Assembly (NCBI GenBank): GCA_963720015.1
Contig: CAVREA010000004.1
Span: 213,141 to 277,140, forward strand
DNA length: 64,000 bases
From: an uncultured Actinomycetes bacterium
GTDB lineage: Bacteria; Actinomycetota; Thermoleophilia; Solirubrobacterales; 70-9
Reading direction: 5' to 3'
Part shown: one piece after another, positions 39,924 through 51,945 of the stretch
Numbering within the stretch: position 1 is the stretch's first letter
How the letters are laid out: each line of letters starts with the position of its first letter
Notes under the pieces: model-generated
What the model saw: the letters and a program-made list of their open reading frames with translations, nothing else
Databases searched by the model: none
Told to the model about the DNA's origin: nothing
Position numbers and translations under genes: made by a program

Positions 39924-41980
39924 ATGAGCTCCGCCGAAACCGCACCGTTGACGCTGGACGCCGTCGCGCTGCGCGTCTACCTCGACGGCTCCCGGCGCGA
40001 GGTCCGCGAGTACACACGCGCGATCCTCTGCAATTCCCGCTTCGCCAGGCCCGAGGACGATCTGCCCACCGAGGCCCGCCGCGAGAAGGTCGCCGAGTGG
40101 ACCGAGGCCCTCGCCTCGACGGGGGGACCGGCACTCCTCTTCCCCGAGGAGTTCGGCGGGCTCGGGATGGTGGGCGAGGCGATCGCGAGCTTCGAGACGC
40201 TGGCGCTCGCCGACCTCTCGCTGCTGGTCAAGTGCGGCGTGCAGTTCGGCCTCTTCGGCGGCGCCGTGCACCACCTCGGCACCCGCTCGCATCACGAGCG
40301 GCTACCTCTCCCGGATCGCCACCTTCGAGCTGCCCGGCGCTTTCGCGATGAGCGAGACGGGTCACGGGTCGAACGTGCAGCGGGTGGGAACGATCGCGAC
40401 CTACGATCCCGAGAGCGAGGAGTTCGTGGTCGACACTCCGACCGACGCGGACCGCAAGGACTACATCGGCAACGCGGCCCGCGACGGGCGGCTCGCGGCG
40501 GTCTTCTGCCAGCTGGTCGTGGGCGGGGAGCGGCGCGGCGTGCACTGCGTCCTGGTGCCGCTGCGCGACGACGACGGCAGCGTCCTTCGCCGGCATCCGC
40601 ATCGAGGACTGCGGGCACAAGCTCGGGCTGAACGGCGTCGACAACGGGCGGATCTGGTTCGACGGGGTGCGGGTGCCGCGCGAGAACCTGCTCGACCGCT
40701 ACGCACAGGTCAGCCCGGAGGGCGAGTACACGAGCCCGATCGAGGACGAGAACCGCCGCTTCTTCACCATGCTCGGGACCCTGATCCAGGGGCGGATCAG
40801 CGTCGGAGGCGCCGCGATCAGCGCCACCAAGACGGCGCTGACGATCGCCATCCGCCACGGCGCCCGCCGGGCGCCAGTTCGGCCCGCCCGACGCCGAATG
40901 ACGAGGTGCCGCTGCTCGACTACCGCGTGCATCAGCGCCGCCTCCTCCCGCCCCTCGCCCGCGTCTACGCCCTGCACTTCGCCCAGGAGGGCGTCGTCGG
41001 CGGAGCTCGACCGGATCTTCGGCGCCGACGACGGCCGCCCCGAGCGCAGCCCGGAGGAGGACCAGGCGCGCCGCGAGCTCGAGACCCGGGCGGCCGGGCT
41101 GAAGGCGCTGGCGACCTGGCACGCGACCGAGACGATCCAGGTCTGCCGCGAGGCCTGCGGCGGAGCCGGCTACCTGAGCGAGAACCGGCTCGGGGAGCTG
41201 AAGGCCGACACGGACGTGTTCACCACCTTCGAGGGGGACAACACGATCCTCCTCCAGCTGGTGGCGAAGTCGCTGCTCACCGGCTACCGCGACGAGTTCG
41301 GCGAGCTCAACCCGATCGGCGTCGCCGCTTTCGTCGCCGGCCAGGTCTGGGAGAGCGTGATCGAGCGGACCGCGGCGCGCGAGGTGATCCAGCGGCTCAC
41401 CGACGACCTCGTCCCCGGTCGCGAGCGGGAGGAAGACCTGCTCGACCGCGAGTACCACCTCGGGCTCTTCCGCTGGCGCGAGGAGCACGTCCTCTCCGGC
41501 GCCGCCCGACGGCTGAAGCGGGGAATCGACTCGGGCGAGGAGCCCTTCGACGTCTTCAACGACTGCCAGGACCACGTGCTGGCAGCGGCCCGCGCCCACA
41601 CCGAGCGCGAGATCCTCGAGTCGTTCGCCGGCGCGATCGAGCGCTGCGAGGACGGTGCGCTCGCGGCGATCCTGGGCCGCGTCTGCGACCTCCACGCGCT
41701 CGCCGAGGTCGAGCGCGACCGCGCCTGGTTCCAGGAGCACGGCCGGATCTCCTCCACCCGGGCGAAGGCGATCACGCGCCAGGTCAACGCCCTCTGCGCC
41801 GAGCTGCGCCCGCTCGCCGTCGACCTGGTCGACGCCTTCGGCATCCCGGACGAGCTGATCGGGGCGCCGATCGGGCTCCCGGGCGGGGAAGCGAGCCGCG
41901 GGGCCGCGGCTGAGACCGGCGACGAGCTGCCCGACGTGCGCATGCTCGTCCGCGAACTGGGTAGCGGGACAGCGGCTTGA
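39924..41980 (+). pseudogene. Acyl-CoA oxidase/dehydrogenase (FadE5-like position) with at least 5 frame changes (about 40300, 40588, 40870, 40897, 41000)
   Basis: The colinear pieces in three frames are:
- ...FGGAVHHLGTRSHHER
- YLSRIATFELPGAFAMSETGHGSNVQ...
- GIRIEDCGHKLGLNGVDNGRIWFDGVRVPRENLL...
- RQFGPPDAE
- NDEVPLLDYRVHQRRLLPPLARVYALHFAQ
- ELDRIFG...CREACGGAGYLSENRLGELKADTDVFTTFEGDNTIL... Confidence 0.8.
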
Positions 41981-43263
41981 GCCCCGACGCCAGACAGGCG
42001 GCCGTCCTCGGCGGCAACCGGATCCCGTTTGCCCGCAGCAACGGGTCCTACGCCCACGCCACGAACCAGGACATGTTCACGACGGCGCTCGACGGGCTCG
42101 TCAGCAGGTTCGGCCTGCAGGGACGGCGGCTCGGCGAGGTCGCGGCCGGCGGGGTCCTCAAGCACAGCCACGACTTCAACCTCACCCGCGAGTGCGTCCT
42201 CGGCTCCGCGCTCGACGCCGCGACTCCGGCCTACGACGTCCAGCAGGCGTGCGGAACCGGCCTGCAGACGGTCATCCACGTCGCCAACAAGGTCGCCCTG
42301 GGCCAGGCCGAGTGCGGCATCGCGGGCGGCTTCGACACCACCTCGGACGCGCCGATCGAGGTAGGCGAGGATCTGCGCCGCATCCTTCTCGATCTCAACC
42401 GGGCCCGCTCGCTCGCCGCCCGTCTCGCCCTCGTCACGCGGCTGCGCCCCGGGCAGGTCGTCCCGCGCATCCCCCGCAACGAGGAGCCGCGCACGGGCCT
42501 CTCGATGGGCGAGCACCAGGCGATCTCGACCCGCCGCTGGGGCATCGGGCGAGCGGAGCAGGACGAGTGGACGGTGACGAGCCACCGCAAGCTCGCCGCC
42601 GCCTACGACCGCGGGTTCTTCGAGGACCTGCTCACCCCGTACCTCGGGCTCGAGCGTGACGAGAACCTGCGCCCCGACTCGACCGTGGAGACGCTCGCCA
42701 AGCTGAGGCCGGTTTTCGGCGAGGGACCGGACGCGTCGATGACGGCGGCGAATTCGACCCCGCTGACCGATGGCGCCGCCGCCGTCCTGCTGGCGAGCGA
42801 CGACTGGGCGGCCGAGAACGGGCTTCCGGTCCTGGCGCACCTGGTCGACGCCGAGACCGGCGCCGTCGACTTCGTCCAGGGAGAGGACGACCTCCTCGGC
42901 GCGCCGCTCTTCGCCGTCCCGCGACTGCTCGACCGCAACGGGCTCGCGCTGCAGGACTTCGACTTCTACGAGATCCACGAGGCCTTCGCGTCGCAGGTGC
43001 TGATGACCCTGAAGGCATGGCAGGACCCGGGCTTCTGCGCGGAGAGGCTCGGTCGCGACGAGCCTCTCGGGGCGATCGATCCGGAGAAGATCAACGTCGC
43101 CGGCTCCTCGCTGGCGGCGGGTCACCCCTTCGGCGCCACCGGGGGGCGGATCGTCGCCACCCTCGCCAAGCTGCTGCACGAGCGGGGCTCGGGCCGCGGC
43201 CTGATCTCGATCTGCGCGGCGGGGGGGCAGGGGGTCTGCGCGATCCTGGAGAAGTCCGGATGA
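41977..43263 (+). CDS. Acetyl-CoA C-acyltransferase (thiolase I, FadA2-like), 428 aa
   Basis: The ORF is intact. Motifs: QQACGTGLQT (Cys), NVAGSSLAAGHPFGATGGRI and ICAAGGQG. The TTG start overlaps the upstream stop. Confidence 0.85.
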   Translation: MSPDARQAAVLGGNRIPFARSNGSYAHATNQDMFTTALDGLVSRFGLQGRRLGEVAAGGVLKHSHDFNLTRECVLGSALDAATPAYDVQQACGTGLQTVIHVANKVALGQAECGIAGGFDTTSDAPIEVGEDLRRILLDLNRARSLAARLALVTRLRPGQVVPRIPRNEEPRTGLSMGEHQAISTRRWGIGRAEQDEWTVTSHRKLAAAYDRGFFEDLLTPYLGLERDENLRPDSTVETLAKLRPVFGEGPDASMTAANSTPLTDGAAAVLLASDDWAAENGLPVLAHLVDAETGAVDFVQGEDDLLGAPLFAVPRLLDRNGLALQDFDFYEIHEAFASQVLMTLKAWQDPGFCAERLGRDEPLGAIDPEKINVAGSSLAAGHPFGATGGRIVATLAKLLHERGSGRGLISICAAGGQGVCAILEKSG

Positions 43264-44597
43264 GCGACCGCTACCAGGCGCTGACCAACTCCCGGCTCGG
43301 CGCGCTGACCGGCCGCATCGGGCTGCCCGCCCCGCCGCTTCTCGAGCGCCACGAGCCGGGCCGCCCTGTGGTCTCTGGAACGGTCGTGCTCGACGGCGCC
43401 CGCGGCGGGCGCCTGGGCGAGCCCGCGGCCCAGGTCCTGCGCTCGATCGGCGCCGGCGCGACCGCGGGCGACGGCGAGACGGCCGACGCGGCCGCCCTCG
43501 TCTTCGACGCCAGCGGGATCGACGAGCCGGAGCGGCTGCGGGCGCTCTACGAGTTCTTCCATCCACTCGTCCGCGGCCTGCGGCGCAACGGGCGGATCGT
43601 AGTCCTCGCCGGGGTCCCGGAGGAGGAGTCCGGGCCGGCCGCGATCGCCCAGCGGGCAATCGAGGGCTTCACGCGCTCGATCGCCAAGGAGATCGGCGGC
43701 AAGGGCTCGACCGCGCAGCTGGTCCGGGTTGCTCGGGGGGCCGAGGACGCGATCGAGTCGACGCTGCGCTTCCTGCTCTCGGCGAGGTCGGCGTTCGTCG
43801 ATGGCCAGGTGATTCACGTCCGTCCCGCCCGCGAGGTGCCGGCCCCCGCCGACTGGGGGCAGCCTCTCGCGGGCCGGGTCGCCGCCGTGACCGGCGCGGC
43901 GCGGGGGATCGGCGAGGCGATCGCCGCCACCCTGGCACGGGACGGGGCCGAGGTTGTATGCGTCGACGTCCCCGCGGCGGGGGCGGAGCTGAGCGCGGTC
44001 GCGAACCGGGTAGGAGGCTCGTCGCTGCAGCTGGACATCAAGGCGGCCGACTCGCCGCAGCGCCTCGCCGAGCACCTGGCGGAGCGCCACGGGCGGGTCG
44101 ACGCGATGGTCCACAACGCCGGGATCACCAGGGACAGGACGGTCGGGCGGATGGAGCCCGAGCAGTGGGACGCGGTGATGGCGGTGAACCTCACCAGCCA
44201 GCTGCGCCTCAACCGGCCGCTGCTGGAGGGGGAGCTCCTCGGGGCCGGCGGCCGCATCGTCTCCGTCTCGTCGGTGAGCGGGATCGCCGGGAACCGCGGC
44301 CAGGCCAACTACGCCACCAGCAAGGCCGGAGTCATCGGGATGGTCGACGCGCTCGCGCCGGAGCTGGCCGAGCGCGGCGCGACCGCAAACGCCGTCGCGC
44401 CCGGATTCATCGAGACGAAGATGACCGAGACCATGCCGCTGGCGGTGCGCGAGGGCGGGCGGCGCCTCAGCAGCCTGCTCCAGGGCGGGCAGCCGGTTGA
44501 CGTCGCGGAGACGGTCGCCTGGCTGGCCGCGGGCGCGTCGGCGGGTGTAAACGGGAACGTGGTTCGCGTCTGCGGCCAGGCCCTGATCGGCGCCTGA
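43260..44597 (+). CDS. High-molecular-weight 3-oxoacyl reductase (FabG4-like SDR with an extra N-terminal domain), 445 aa
   Basis: The ATG at 43260 overlaps the upstream stop (ATGA). A ~200-aa N-terminal domain is followed by VTGAARGIGEAIA (TGxxxGxG), NAGI and the catalytic YATSKAG. Confidence 0.85.
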   Translation: MSDRYQALTNSRLGALTGRIGLPAPPLLERHEPGRPVVSGTVVLDGARGGRLGEPAAQVLRSIGAGATAGDGETADAAALVFDASGIDEPERLRALYEFFHPLVRGLRRNGRIVVLAGVPEEESGPAAIAQRAIEGFTRSIAKEIGGKGSTAQLVRVARGAEDAIESTLRFLLSARSAFVDGQVIHVRPAREVPAPADWGQPLAGRVAAVTGAARGIGEAIAATLARDGAEVVCVDVPAAGAELSAVANRVGGSSLQLDIKAADSPQRLAEHLAERHGRVDAMVHNAGITRDRTVGRMEPEQWDAVMAVNLTSQLRLNRPLLEGELLGAGGRIVSVSSVSGIAGNRGQANYATSKAGVIGMVDALAPELAERGATANAVAPGFIETKMTETMPLAVREGGRRLSSLLQGGQPVDVAETVAWLAAGASAGVNGNVVRVCGQALIGA

Positions 44598-44609
44598 GCG
44601 TCCGCGGCG

Positions 44610-45461
44610 GTGGAGACGCGCGAGCACGACTCGATGCCCTCGCTGGCCCCGCTCTACGCGCGGGCGGCGGCCGGGCTTCTCCCGGGCGGGGGAGATGACC
44701 TGCCCGATCACTCCGTCGGCATCGCCGCCGCGCCGATCGACCCGGATGCGGTTGCGGAGTACGCGCGGGTATGCGGCTTCACCCTCACCGACCGCGTTCC
44801 GCCCACCTATCCGCACGTGCTCGCCTTCCCGCTGGCGATGTCGCTGATGACCGAGCGGTCGTTTCCATTCGCGCTGCTCGGTCTGGTCCACATCGCCAAC
44901 CGGATCGAGCAGCGCTCCCCGCTCGAGGTCTCGGCGCGGCCGGCGCTGCGCGTCTGGGCCGAGGACCTGCGCCCCCACCACCGCGGACGCCAGCTCGACG
45001 TCGTCACCGAGGCGAGCGTCGGCGGCGAAGCCCTCTGGATCGAGCGCTCGACCTACCTGCGCACCGGCGGCGGCTCCGGCGAGAAGCCCGAGCGCGGCGG
45101 CGACCGCCTCGAGCGAGCCGAGGTGGCGGCGGTCTGGGACGTCCCGGGCGACATCGGGCGTCGCTACGCAGCCGTTTCCGGCGACCGCAACCCGATCCAC
45201 CTTCACGGCCTCAGCGCCCGGCTCTTCGGCTTTCCCGGCGCGATCGCGCACGGGATGTGGACCTACGCTCGCGCGCTTGCCTCGCTCGGGGGGAAGCTGC
45301 CGGCCGAGCACGAGTCGGCCGTCGAGTTCAGCGCGCCCCTCCGCATCCCGGGGCGGGCGCGGCTGCGGGCGGCGCAGACCGGGGACGGGTGGATGCTCGC
45401 GCTCGAGTCCCCGGACGGCTCGCGCCGCCACCTGCGGCTCGAAGTCCGCGCCGGCGGCTGA
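44610..45461 (+). CDS. MaoC-like double-hotdog (R)-specific enoyl-CoA hydratase (HtdX-like), ~283 aa
   Basis: The hydratase-2 motif region is YAAVSGDRNPIHLHGLSARLFGFPGAIAHGMW. The start is uncertain (44610 GTG or 44634 ATG). Confidence 0.8.
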   Translation: METREHDSMPSLAPLYARAAAGLLPGGGDDLPDHSVGIAAAPIDPDAVAEYARVCGFTLTDRVPPTYPHVLAFPLAMSLMTERSFPFALLGLVHIANRIEQRSPLEVSARPALRVWAEDLRPHHRGRQLDVVTEASVGGEALWIERSTYLRTGGGSGEKPERGGDRLERAEVAAVWDVPGDIGRRYAAVSGDRNPIHLHGLSARLFGFPGAIAHGMWTYARALASLGGKLPAEHESAVEFSAPLRIPGRARLRAAQTGDGWMLALESPDGSRRHLRLEVRAGG

Positions 45462-45493
45462 TCGGGCGCGGCGCCCCGGGGCGCACCTAGACT

Positions 45494-47152
<1,659 letters not shown>

Positions 47153-47162
47153 GCGGGCTCCG

Positions 47163-47555
47163 ATGGGGGCCGCGGAGATCGAGACGGTCAGGGCGGGGGT
47201 CGAGGCCTACAACCGCGGCGACGCCGAGGGCGTCGTCGCCATGTCGCACCCCGACGTGCGCCTGGTGCCGATTCGCTCGCTGCTCGAGGGCGGCGAATAC
47301 CGCGGCCACGACGGGGTGCGGCGCTTCATGGCGGACATGGAGGAGGACTGGGCCGATCGCCACATCGAGATCGACGAGATCCGCGAGGTCGACGACGGGG
47401 TCCTCGTGCTCGGCGGCTTCACCGCCACCGGGCGCACCGGCACCGAGGTGCGCCTCCCGGTCGCCTGGCACGCACGCATGGTCGACGGCCTCTTGATCGG
47501 GCTCAGGGCCTACAGCGATCGCGAGGCTGCGCTGCGCGAGCTGGGGAGCCACTAA
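47163..47555 (+). CDS. SnoaL/NTF2-like fold protein, 130 aa, inserted between the two mutase subunit genes
   Basis: It shares the [10 protein letters not shown] motif and overall layout with the 62519..62911 paralog. Confidence 0.7.
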   Translation: MGAAEIETVRAGVEAYNRGDAEGVVAMSHPDVRLVPIRSLLEGGEYRGHDGVRRFMADMEEDWADRHIEIDEIREVDDGVLVLGGFTATGRTGTEVRLPVAWHARMVDGLLIGLRAYSDREAALRELGSH

Positions 47556-47566
47556 CCTCCCCGCCC

Positions 47567-48004
47567 GTGACGACCGCCGAGACGACCGAGAGCCCGACCG
47601 CGCGCAAGATCCGCGTCGTCGTCGCCAAGCCCGGCCTCGACGGCCACGATCGGGGCGCCAAGATCATCGCCAGGGCGCTGCGCGACGCCGGCATGGAGGT
47701 GATCTACACGGGCCTTCACCAGACCCCCGAGCAGATCGCCGAGACGGTCATCCAGGAGGACGCCGACGCCGTCGGCCTGTCGATCCTCTCGGGGGCCCAC
47801 ATGACGCTCGTGCCGAGGGTCGTCGAGCTGCTCCGCGAGCAGGGCGTCGAGGACGTGCTCGTCACCGTCGGGGGCACCATCCCCGCCGACGACATCCCCG
47901 AGCTCAAGGGGCTCGGTGTCGCCGAGGTCTTCACGCCGGGCTCGGGCACCGACGAGATCGTCGAGTTCATCCGCACCGGGGCCACCGCCCGCCACGCTTC
48001 CTAG
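47567..48004 (+). CDS. Methylmalonyl-CoA mutase small subunit (cobalamin-binding domain), 145 aa
   Basis: [19 protein letters not shown] contains the DxHxxG B12 motif. Also present are GLSILSGAH and VTVGGTIP. Confidence 0.9.
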   Translation: MTTAETTESPTARKIRVVVAKPGLDGHDRGAKIIARALRDAGMEVIYTGLHQTPEQIAETVIQEDADAVGLSILSGAHMTLVPRVVELLREQGVEDVLVTVGGTIPADDIPELKGLGVAEVFTPGSGTDEIVEFIRTGATARHAS

Positions 48005-48024
48005 CGGGCGCTTCGCTCCAGCGC

Positions 48025-48894
48025 CTAGACGTCGCCGAAGTCCCGCTCGACGAAGGTGGCGTCCATGCCGACCGCCAGCAGCGCTGCCAGGCCGAGGTAG
48101 ACGGCGGCGACCAGGATGCGGTTGCGGGTGGATACGCGGTGGTACTCGCGCGCCTCCGGGTCCTTGCGACTTCGCCACCTGTGCCAGGTTTCGAGCCCGC
48201 CGAAGATCAGCACCAGCAGCATGATCGGGTTGGGGAAGACGAACGTGACCGCGACCAGGATCGCGAAGCCCGCCAGCCAGAGGGCCGGAGAGAGGGCCGC
48301 CATCGCCCGGCCGCCGTCGAGCGGCAGGACGGGAAGCAGGTTGAAGAGGTTGAGGAAGAACCCGACGAATGCGAGCGCCTTGAAGAGCTCGTTCCCGGTC
48401 AGCGCGTAGAGGCCGAGGGCGGCCAGCGCCCCGACCGAGCCGAGCACCGGGCCGGCAAGGCCGACGCGGGCCTCGGCCGCGGCGTCGTCCGGCAGGCGCT
48501 TCATCGCGACGACAGCGCCGAGGAAGGGGATGAACATCGGGGCGCTGGCCGGAATGCCTTCGCGGCGCAGCTGAAGCACGTGGCCCATCTCGTGGACCAG
48601 GAGCAGGAGCACGAAGCCGACGGCGAAGGTCCAGCCCCAGATCAGCGCGTAGGCGCCGATCGACACCAGCATCGTCGCCGAGGTCGTGAACAGCTTCAGC
48701 TTCGGCAGCAAGAGCAGGAGCGCCTTCGCCTTCGCCCCGAACTTGAGCAGGATCAGGCCGAGCGCCGCGAGCGCGCCGCCGGCCCGCTTGTAGAGCGGCC
48801 GGTCCTCGCCGGCGCGCGAGGGCGCGGGCGCAGGTGGATCGGTCGCCGGCAGGGGCGACCGGTAGCGGGTGTCGGGGGCGTCCATCACCCTCAA
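48025..48894 (-). CDS. Site-2 protease family (M50) membrane metalloprotease, 289 aa
   Basis: It has HEMGH (HExxH) in a TM helix and NLFNLLPVLPLDGG (NxxPxxxLDG), with multiple TM segments. Confidence 0.8.
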   Translation of the reverse strand: MRVMDAPDTRYRSPLPATDPPAPAPSRAGEDRPLYKRAGGALAALGLILLKFGAKAKALLLLLPKLKLFTTSATMLVSIGAYALIWGWTFAVGFVLLLLVHEMGHVLQLRREGIPASAPMFIPFLGAVVAMKRLPDDAAAEARVGLAGPVLGSVGALAALGLYALTGNELFKALAFVGFFLNLFNLLPVLPLDGGRAMAALSPALWLAGFAILVAVTFVFPNPIMLLVLIFGGLETWHRWRSRKDPEAREYHRVSTRNRILVAAVYLGLAALLAVGMDATFVERDFGDV

Positions 48895-48909
48895 TTCTGG
48901 CAGCGCCGC

Positions 48910-50388
48910 TCAGCCGGGGCCGGGAATGGGACCGCCGGCGGCGCGGCAGCTCGCCCCGGCGCAGTTGCGCAGGGTGCCGAGGCGGTTGAGCAGCGCCCTG
49001 CGGGTCCGCCGGTAGCGGCGGTCGCGATGGCGGGAGACCAGCTCACCCGGGTCACGGGCGAGGTCGTAGAGCTCCAGCTCGCCGGAGCGGTAACTGATCA
49101 GCTTGTAGCGGTCGGTCCTGATGCCGACGTAGGGCAGCCCGGGCGAGGGGTCGTCCCTGGAGTTCGCCTCGAGCAGGAGCGGCCGCGTCGTGCGCTTGCC
49201 GGGCTGCTCGAGGAAGGGCAGCAGCGAGCGGCCGTCGACCGGCTCGGTGGGGGTGGCGCCGGAGAGCTCGAGGATGGTGGGGGCGAGGTCGACGTTGGCC
49301 GTAAGCTCGGCGCTGGTCCGGTTCTGGGCGATGCCGGGACCGCTGACGAGCAGCGGCACCCGCGAGGAGCCCTCGTAGGGGAGGTACTTGCCCTTGCCGA
49401 TCCGGTGCTGGCCGAAGAAGAACCCGTTGTCGGAGACGAACATCACGTAGGTGCGGCCGGTGAGGCCGTTGGCCTGCAGCGCGTTGACTATCTTGGCCAC
49501 CGCCTCGTCGACGGCGAGCAGGGTGCGCGCCCGCGAGCGCGAGAAGCGGGTGATCTTGCGGACCTTGGCCCGCGAGAAGCGCTTCATCCTGCGGATGAAG
49601 CGGGGCTTGTCCGAGACGTTCGCCTCGTTGAAGGAGCGCGCCTTCGGCAGTGGCCGCCGGCGGAACCTGTCGCGGTGGCGCCTGGCCGCTTCCGCGGGCA
49701 GGTGGGGGGCGGTGAACGCGGTGTAGATGAAGAAGGGCTCGCCCCCCGCGCCGAGCGCCGCCCGCTGGTTGATCGCGGCGACGGTCTTGCGCGCGTAGAC
49801 GTCGGTCTTGTAGTCGGCCGGGGCGTTGCCGTAGTTGACGATCGTTCCGTTCTCGTTGAGCTGGTAGTTCGAGTAGCGGTTCGTGGTCGAGTCGATCGAC
49901 GCGTACCACTCGTCCCAGCCCGGAGGTATGTAGGTGGGGTCGGCGAGGCCGTAGCCGTTGAGGAACTTGCCGATCTGAATCGTGTGGTAGCCGGCGCTCT
50001 GGAGCCAGACGTTGAGTGCGTTGGGCTGGTCGAAGGCCTCGAAGCCGCCGATCGGGGTCCCGTTTCCGAGCACCCCGTGGTTGTGGCTGTACTGGCCCGT
50101 GAGGAAGGTCGTTCGCGAGGGGCAGCAGAGGGGGTAGGACGTGTAGAAGCGGTCGAAGGAGACCCCCCGGCGCCCGATCAGCCGCCGCGTCCTCGGCATC
50201 ACCGCCATCTCCCCGGAGGCCTGGTCGTCGGTCATCAGGACGACGAAGTTCGGCGGCGCCGCTGCGGCCGCGGCCGGGTGCGCCGCGAGCGCGAGCAGCA
50301 GCGCGAGGATTGCCACGAGGGCAACGCAACTCCGCCGGCCCGGCGGGGTTGAAGGCCGCGGATGTCGGTAATGGGGGGACTGGAACAT
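48910..50388 (-). CDS. Secreted sulfatase (formylglycine-dependent), ~492 aa
   Basis: The preferred start is MFQSPHY at 50388. The signal peptide is ...ALLLALAAHPAAAAAA. Motifs: NFVVLMTDDQ and CCPSRTTFLTGQY (the CxPxR FGly motif). Confidence 0.85.
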   Translation of the reverse strand: MFQSPHYRHPRPSTPPGRRSCVALVAILALLLALAAHPAAAAAAPPNFVVLMTDDQASGEMAVMPRTRRLIGRRGVSFDRFYTSYPLCCPSRTTFLTGQYSHNHGVLGNGTPIGGFEAFDQPNALNVWLQSAGYHTIQIGKFLNGYGLADPTYIPPGWDEWYASIDSTTNRYSNYQLNENGTIVNYGNAPADYKTDVYARKTVAAINQRAALGAGGEPFFIYTAFTAPHLPAEAARRHRDRFRRRPLPKARSFNEANVSDKPRFIRRMKRFSRAKVRKITRFSRSRARTLLAVDEAVAKIVNALQANGLTGRTYVMFVSDNGFFFGQHRIGKGKYLPYEGSSRVPLLVSGPGIAQNRTSAELTANVDLAPTILELSGATPTEPVDGRSLLPFLEQPGKRTTRPLLLEANSRDDPSPGLPYVGIRTDRYKLISYRSGELELYDLARDPGELVSRHRDRRYRRTRRALLNRLGTLRNCAGASCRAAGGPIPGPG

Positions 50389-50415
50389 CAAGATCGAGGA
50401 GGGACGAGGGACGTC

Positions 50416-51818
50416 ATGATTGGAACACCGAAGACACGCCTGACGATGCGGTGGCTCATCCTCGCAGCAATGGCGGCGGCCCTCGTGCTCAGCCTGCCCG
50501 CGGCGGCCGGGGCCGCGGTGATCAGGGTCACCACGACCACCGACGAGTTCGACGAGGGCACGCGCTGCTCGTTGCGCGAGGCGATCACCTCGTCCAACTC
50601 CGACTCCGCCGTCAACGCCGACGGCTGCGTCGCCGGCAGCGGCACCGACACGATCCTCGTCCGCCCCGGCGTCCACAACCTGACCCGCTTCGACCCCGCG
50701 CCGACAGGCCTCCAGGAGGACGGCAACGTCTACGGCGACCTCGACATCGCCGCCCCCGTGACGATCAAGGCGGACACCGGCCAGGGGATCCGCCCGGTCG
50801 CGATCGACGGTCCCGGCTTCGACGGGCGCGTCTTCCACGTGCTCGCGGGGCCGGTCGTCATGGACGGCCTCTGGATCCGCAACGGGTACGCCAAGGAGGC
50901 GGCCTCCAACAAGGGCGGCGGCATCCTCAATGCCGGCGGCCTGACGATCCGCAACAGCACGATCTCCGACAACGACGCGATCTTCGGCGGCGGCGTGTCC
51001 TCCGACGGCCCGAGCGCGCTGACGATGATCGACAGCACGGTCTCGAGCAACGACGCCGAGGAGGACGGGGAGGGCTCTCGGTCGAGACCGACGGCACGAT
51101 GACGCTGAAGAGCGTCACCGTCTCCGGCAACGAGGCCGACTCCGACCGCTCAGGGGGCGGCGACGGCGGCGGGCTCGCGGCCTCGACCTCGGGCGGTGGC
51201 GGCGTCGCGCTGCTCCGCAACACCCTGCTCGCAGGCAACCTCGATTTCGGCCGGGAGGCGTTCGACTGCGTCGAGATCGGCGGCGCGATCCGCTCGCTCG
51301 GCCGCACCTTCATCACCAACCCGACCGGTTGCTCCTATGCCCGGGGGCCCGGCGACGTCCGCAACCTGAGCGCGCAGATCCTGCCGCTCACCGACAACGG
51401 CGGGTTCACGCCCACGCATGCCCTGAAGAAGACCAGCCCCGCGCTCAACAGGGCGGGCGGCTGCGACAAGACCGACCAGCGCGGCCTTCCCCGCAAGCTC
51501 GGCGGCCGCTGCGACATCGGCTCCTGGGAGCTGGGCCGCTGCGAGGGCGTCGTCATCAACCGGATCGGCCTGCCCGGCGGCGTCCGCCTCGACGGAACCG
51601 CGAAGGCCGACGGGTTCTACGGCTCGAACGGCGCCGACGTGCTGCTCGGCAAGGGCGGCAACGACGGCCTCTGCGGCCGCGGCGGCCGCGACCGGCTCGA
51701 GGGCGCGGGGGGCAACGACAAGCTCAACGGCGGCAAGGGCCGAGACACCTGCCTCGGCGGCGGAGGCCGCAACCGGATCCGCAACTGCGAGATCCCGCGG
51801 CCCAAGTCCGGCCGTTAG
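50416..51818 (+). pseudogene. Secreted CSLREA-domain / parallel beta-helix / choice-of-anchor-Q-like / RTX-repeat protein, paralog 1. There is a 1-nt deletion in a G-run near 51069.
   Basis: The signal peptide is MIGTPKTRLTMRWLILAAMAAALVLSLPAAAGA, followed by VTTTTDEFDEGTRCSLREAI. After NDAEEDG the frame changes to GLSVETDGTMTLKSVTVSGN...LTDNGGFTPTHALKKTSPALN...DQRGLPR...CDIGSWE...GNDGLCGRGGRDRLEGAGGNDKLNGGKGRDTC. It is colinear with paralog 2 throughout. Confidence 0.75.
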
Positions 51819-51829
51819 CGATTCCGGAT

Positions 51830-51870
51830 CCGCACGGCGCCCGCGCAACTCGCGGGCGCCGTGCGGGTTT
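51830..51870 (+). terminator. Rho-independent terminator after CSLREA paralog 1
   Basis: There is a perfect 16-bp stem, CCGCACGGCGCCCGCG (51830-51845) with CGCGGGCGCCGTGCGG (51851-51866), a 5-nt loop, and then GTTTAA. Confidence 0.7.
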
Positions 51871-51945
51871 AAGCGACTGCCGGCCCGGCGCCGGAGTCGA
51901 TAGCCCAACTGCGGCACGTCCGCCGCTCCACCCAGGGAGAAGACG

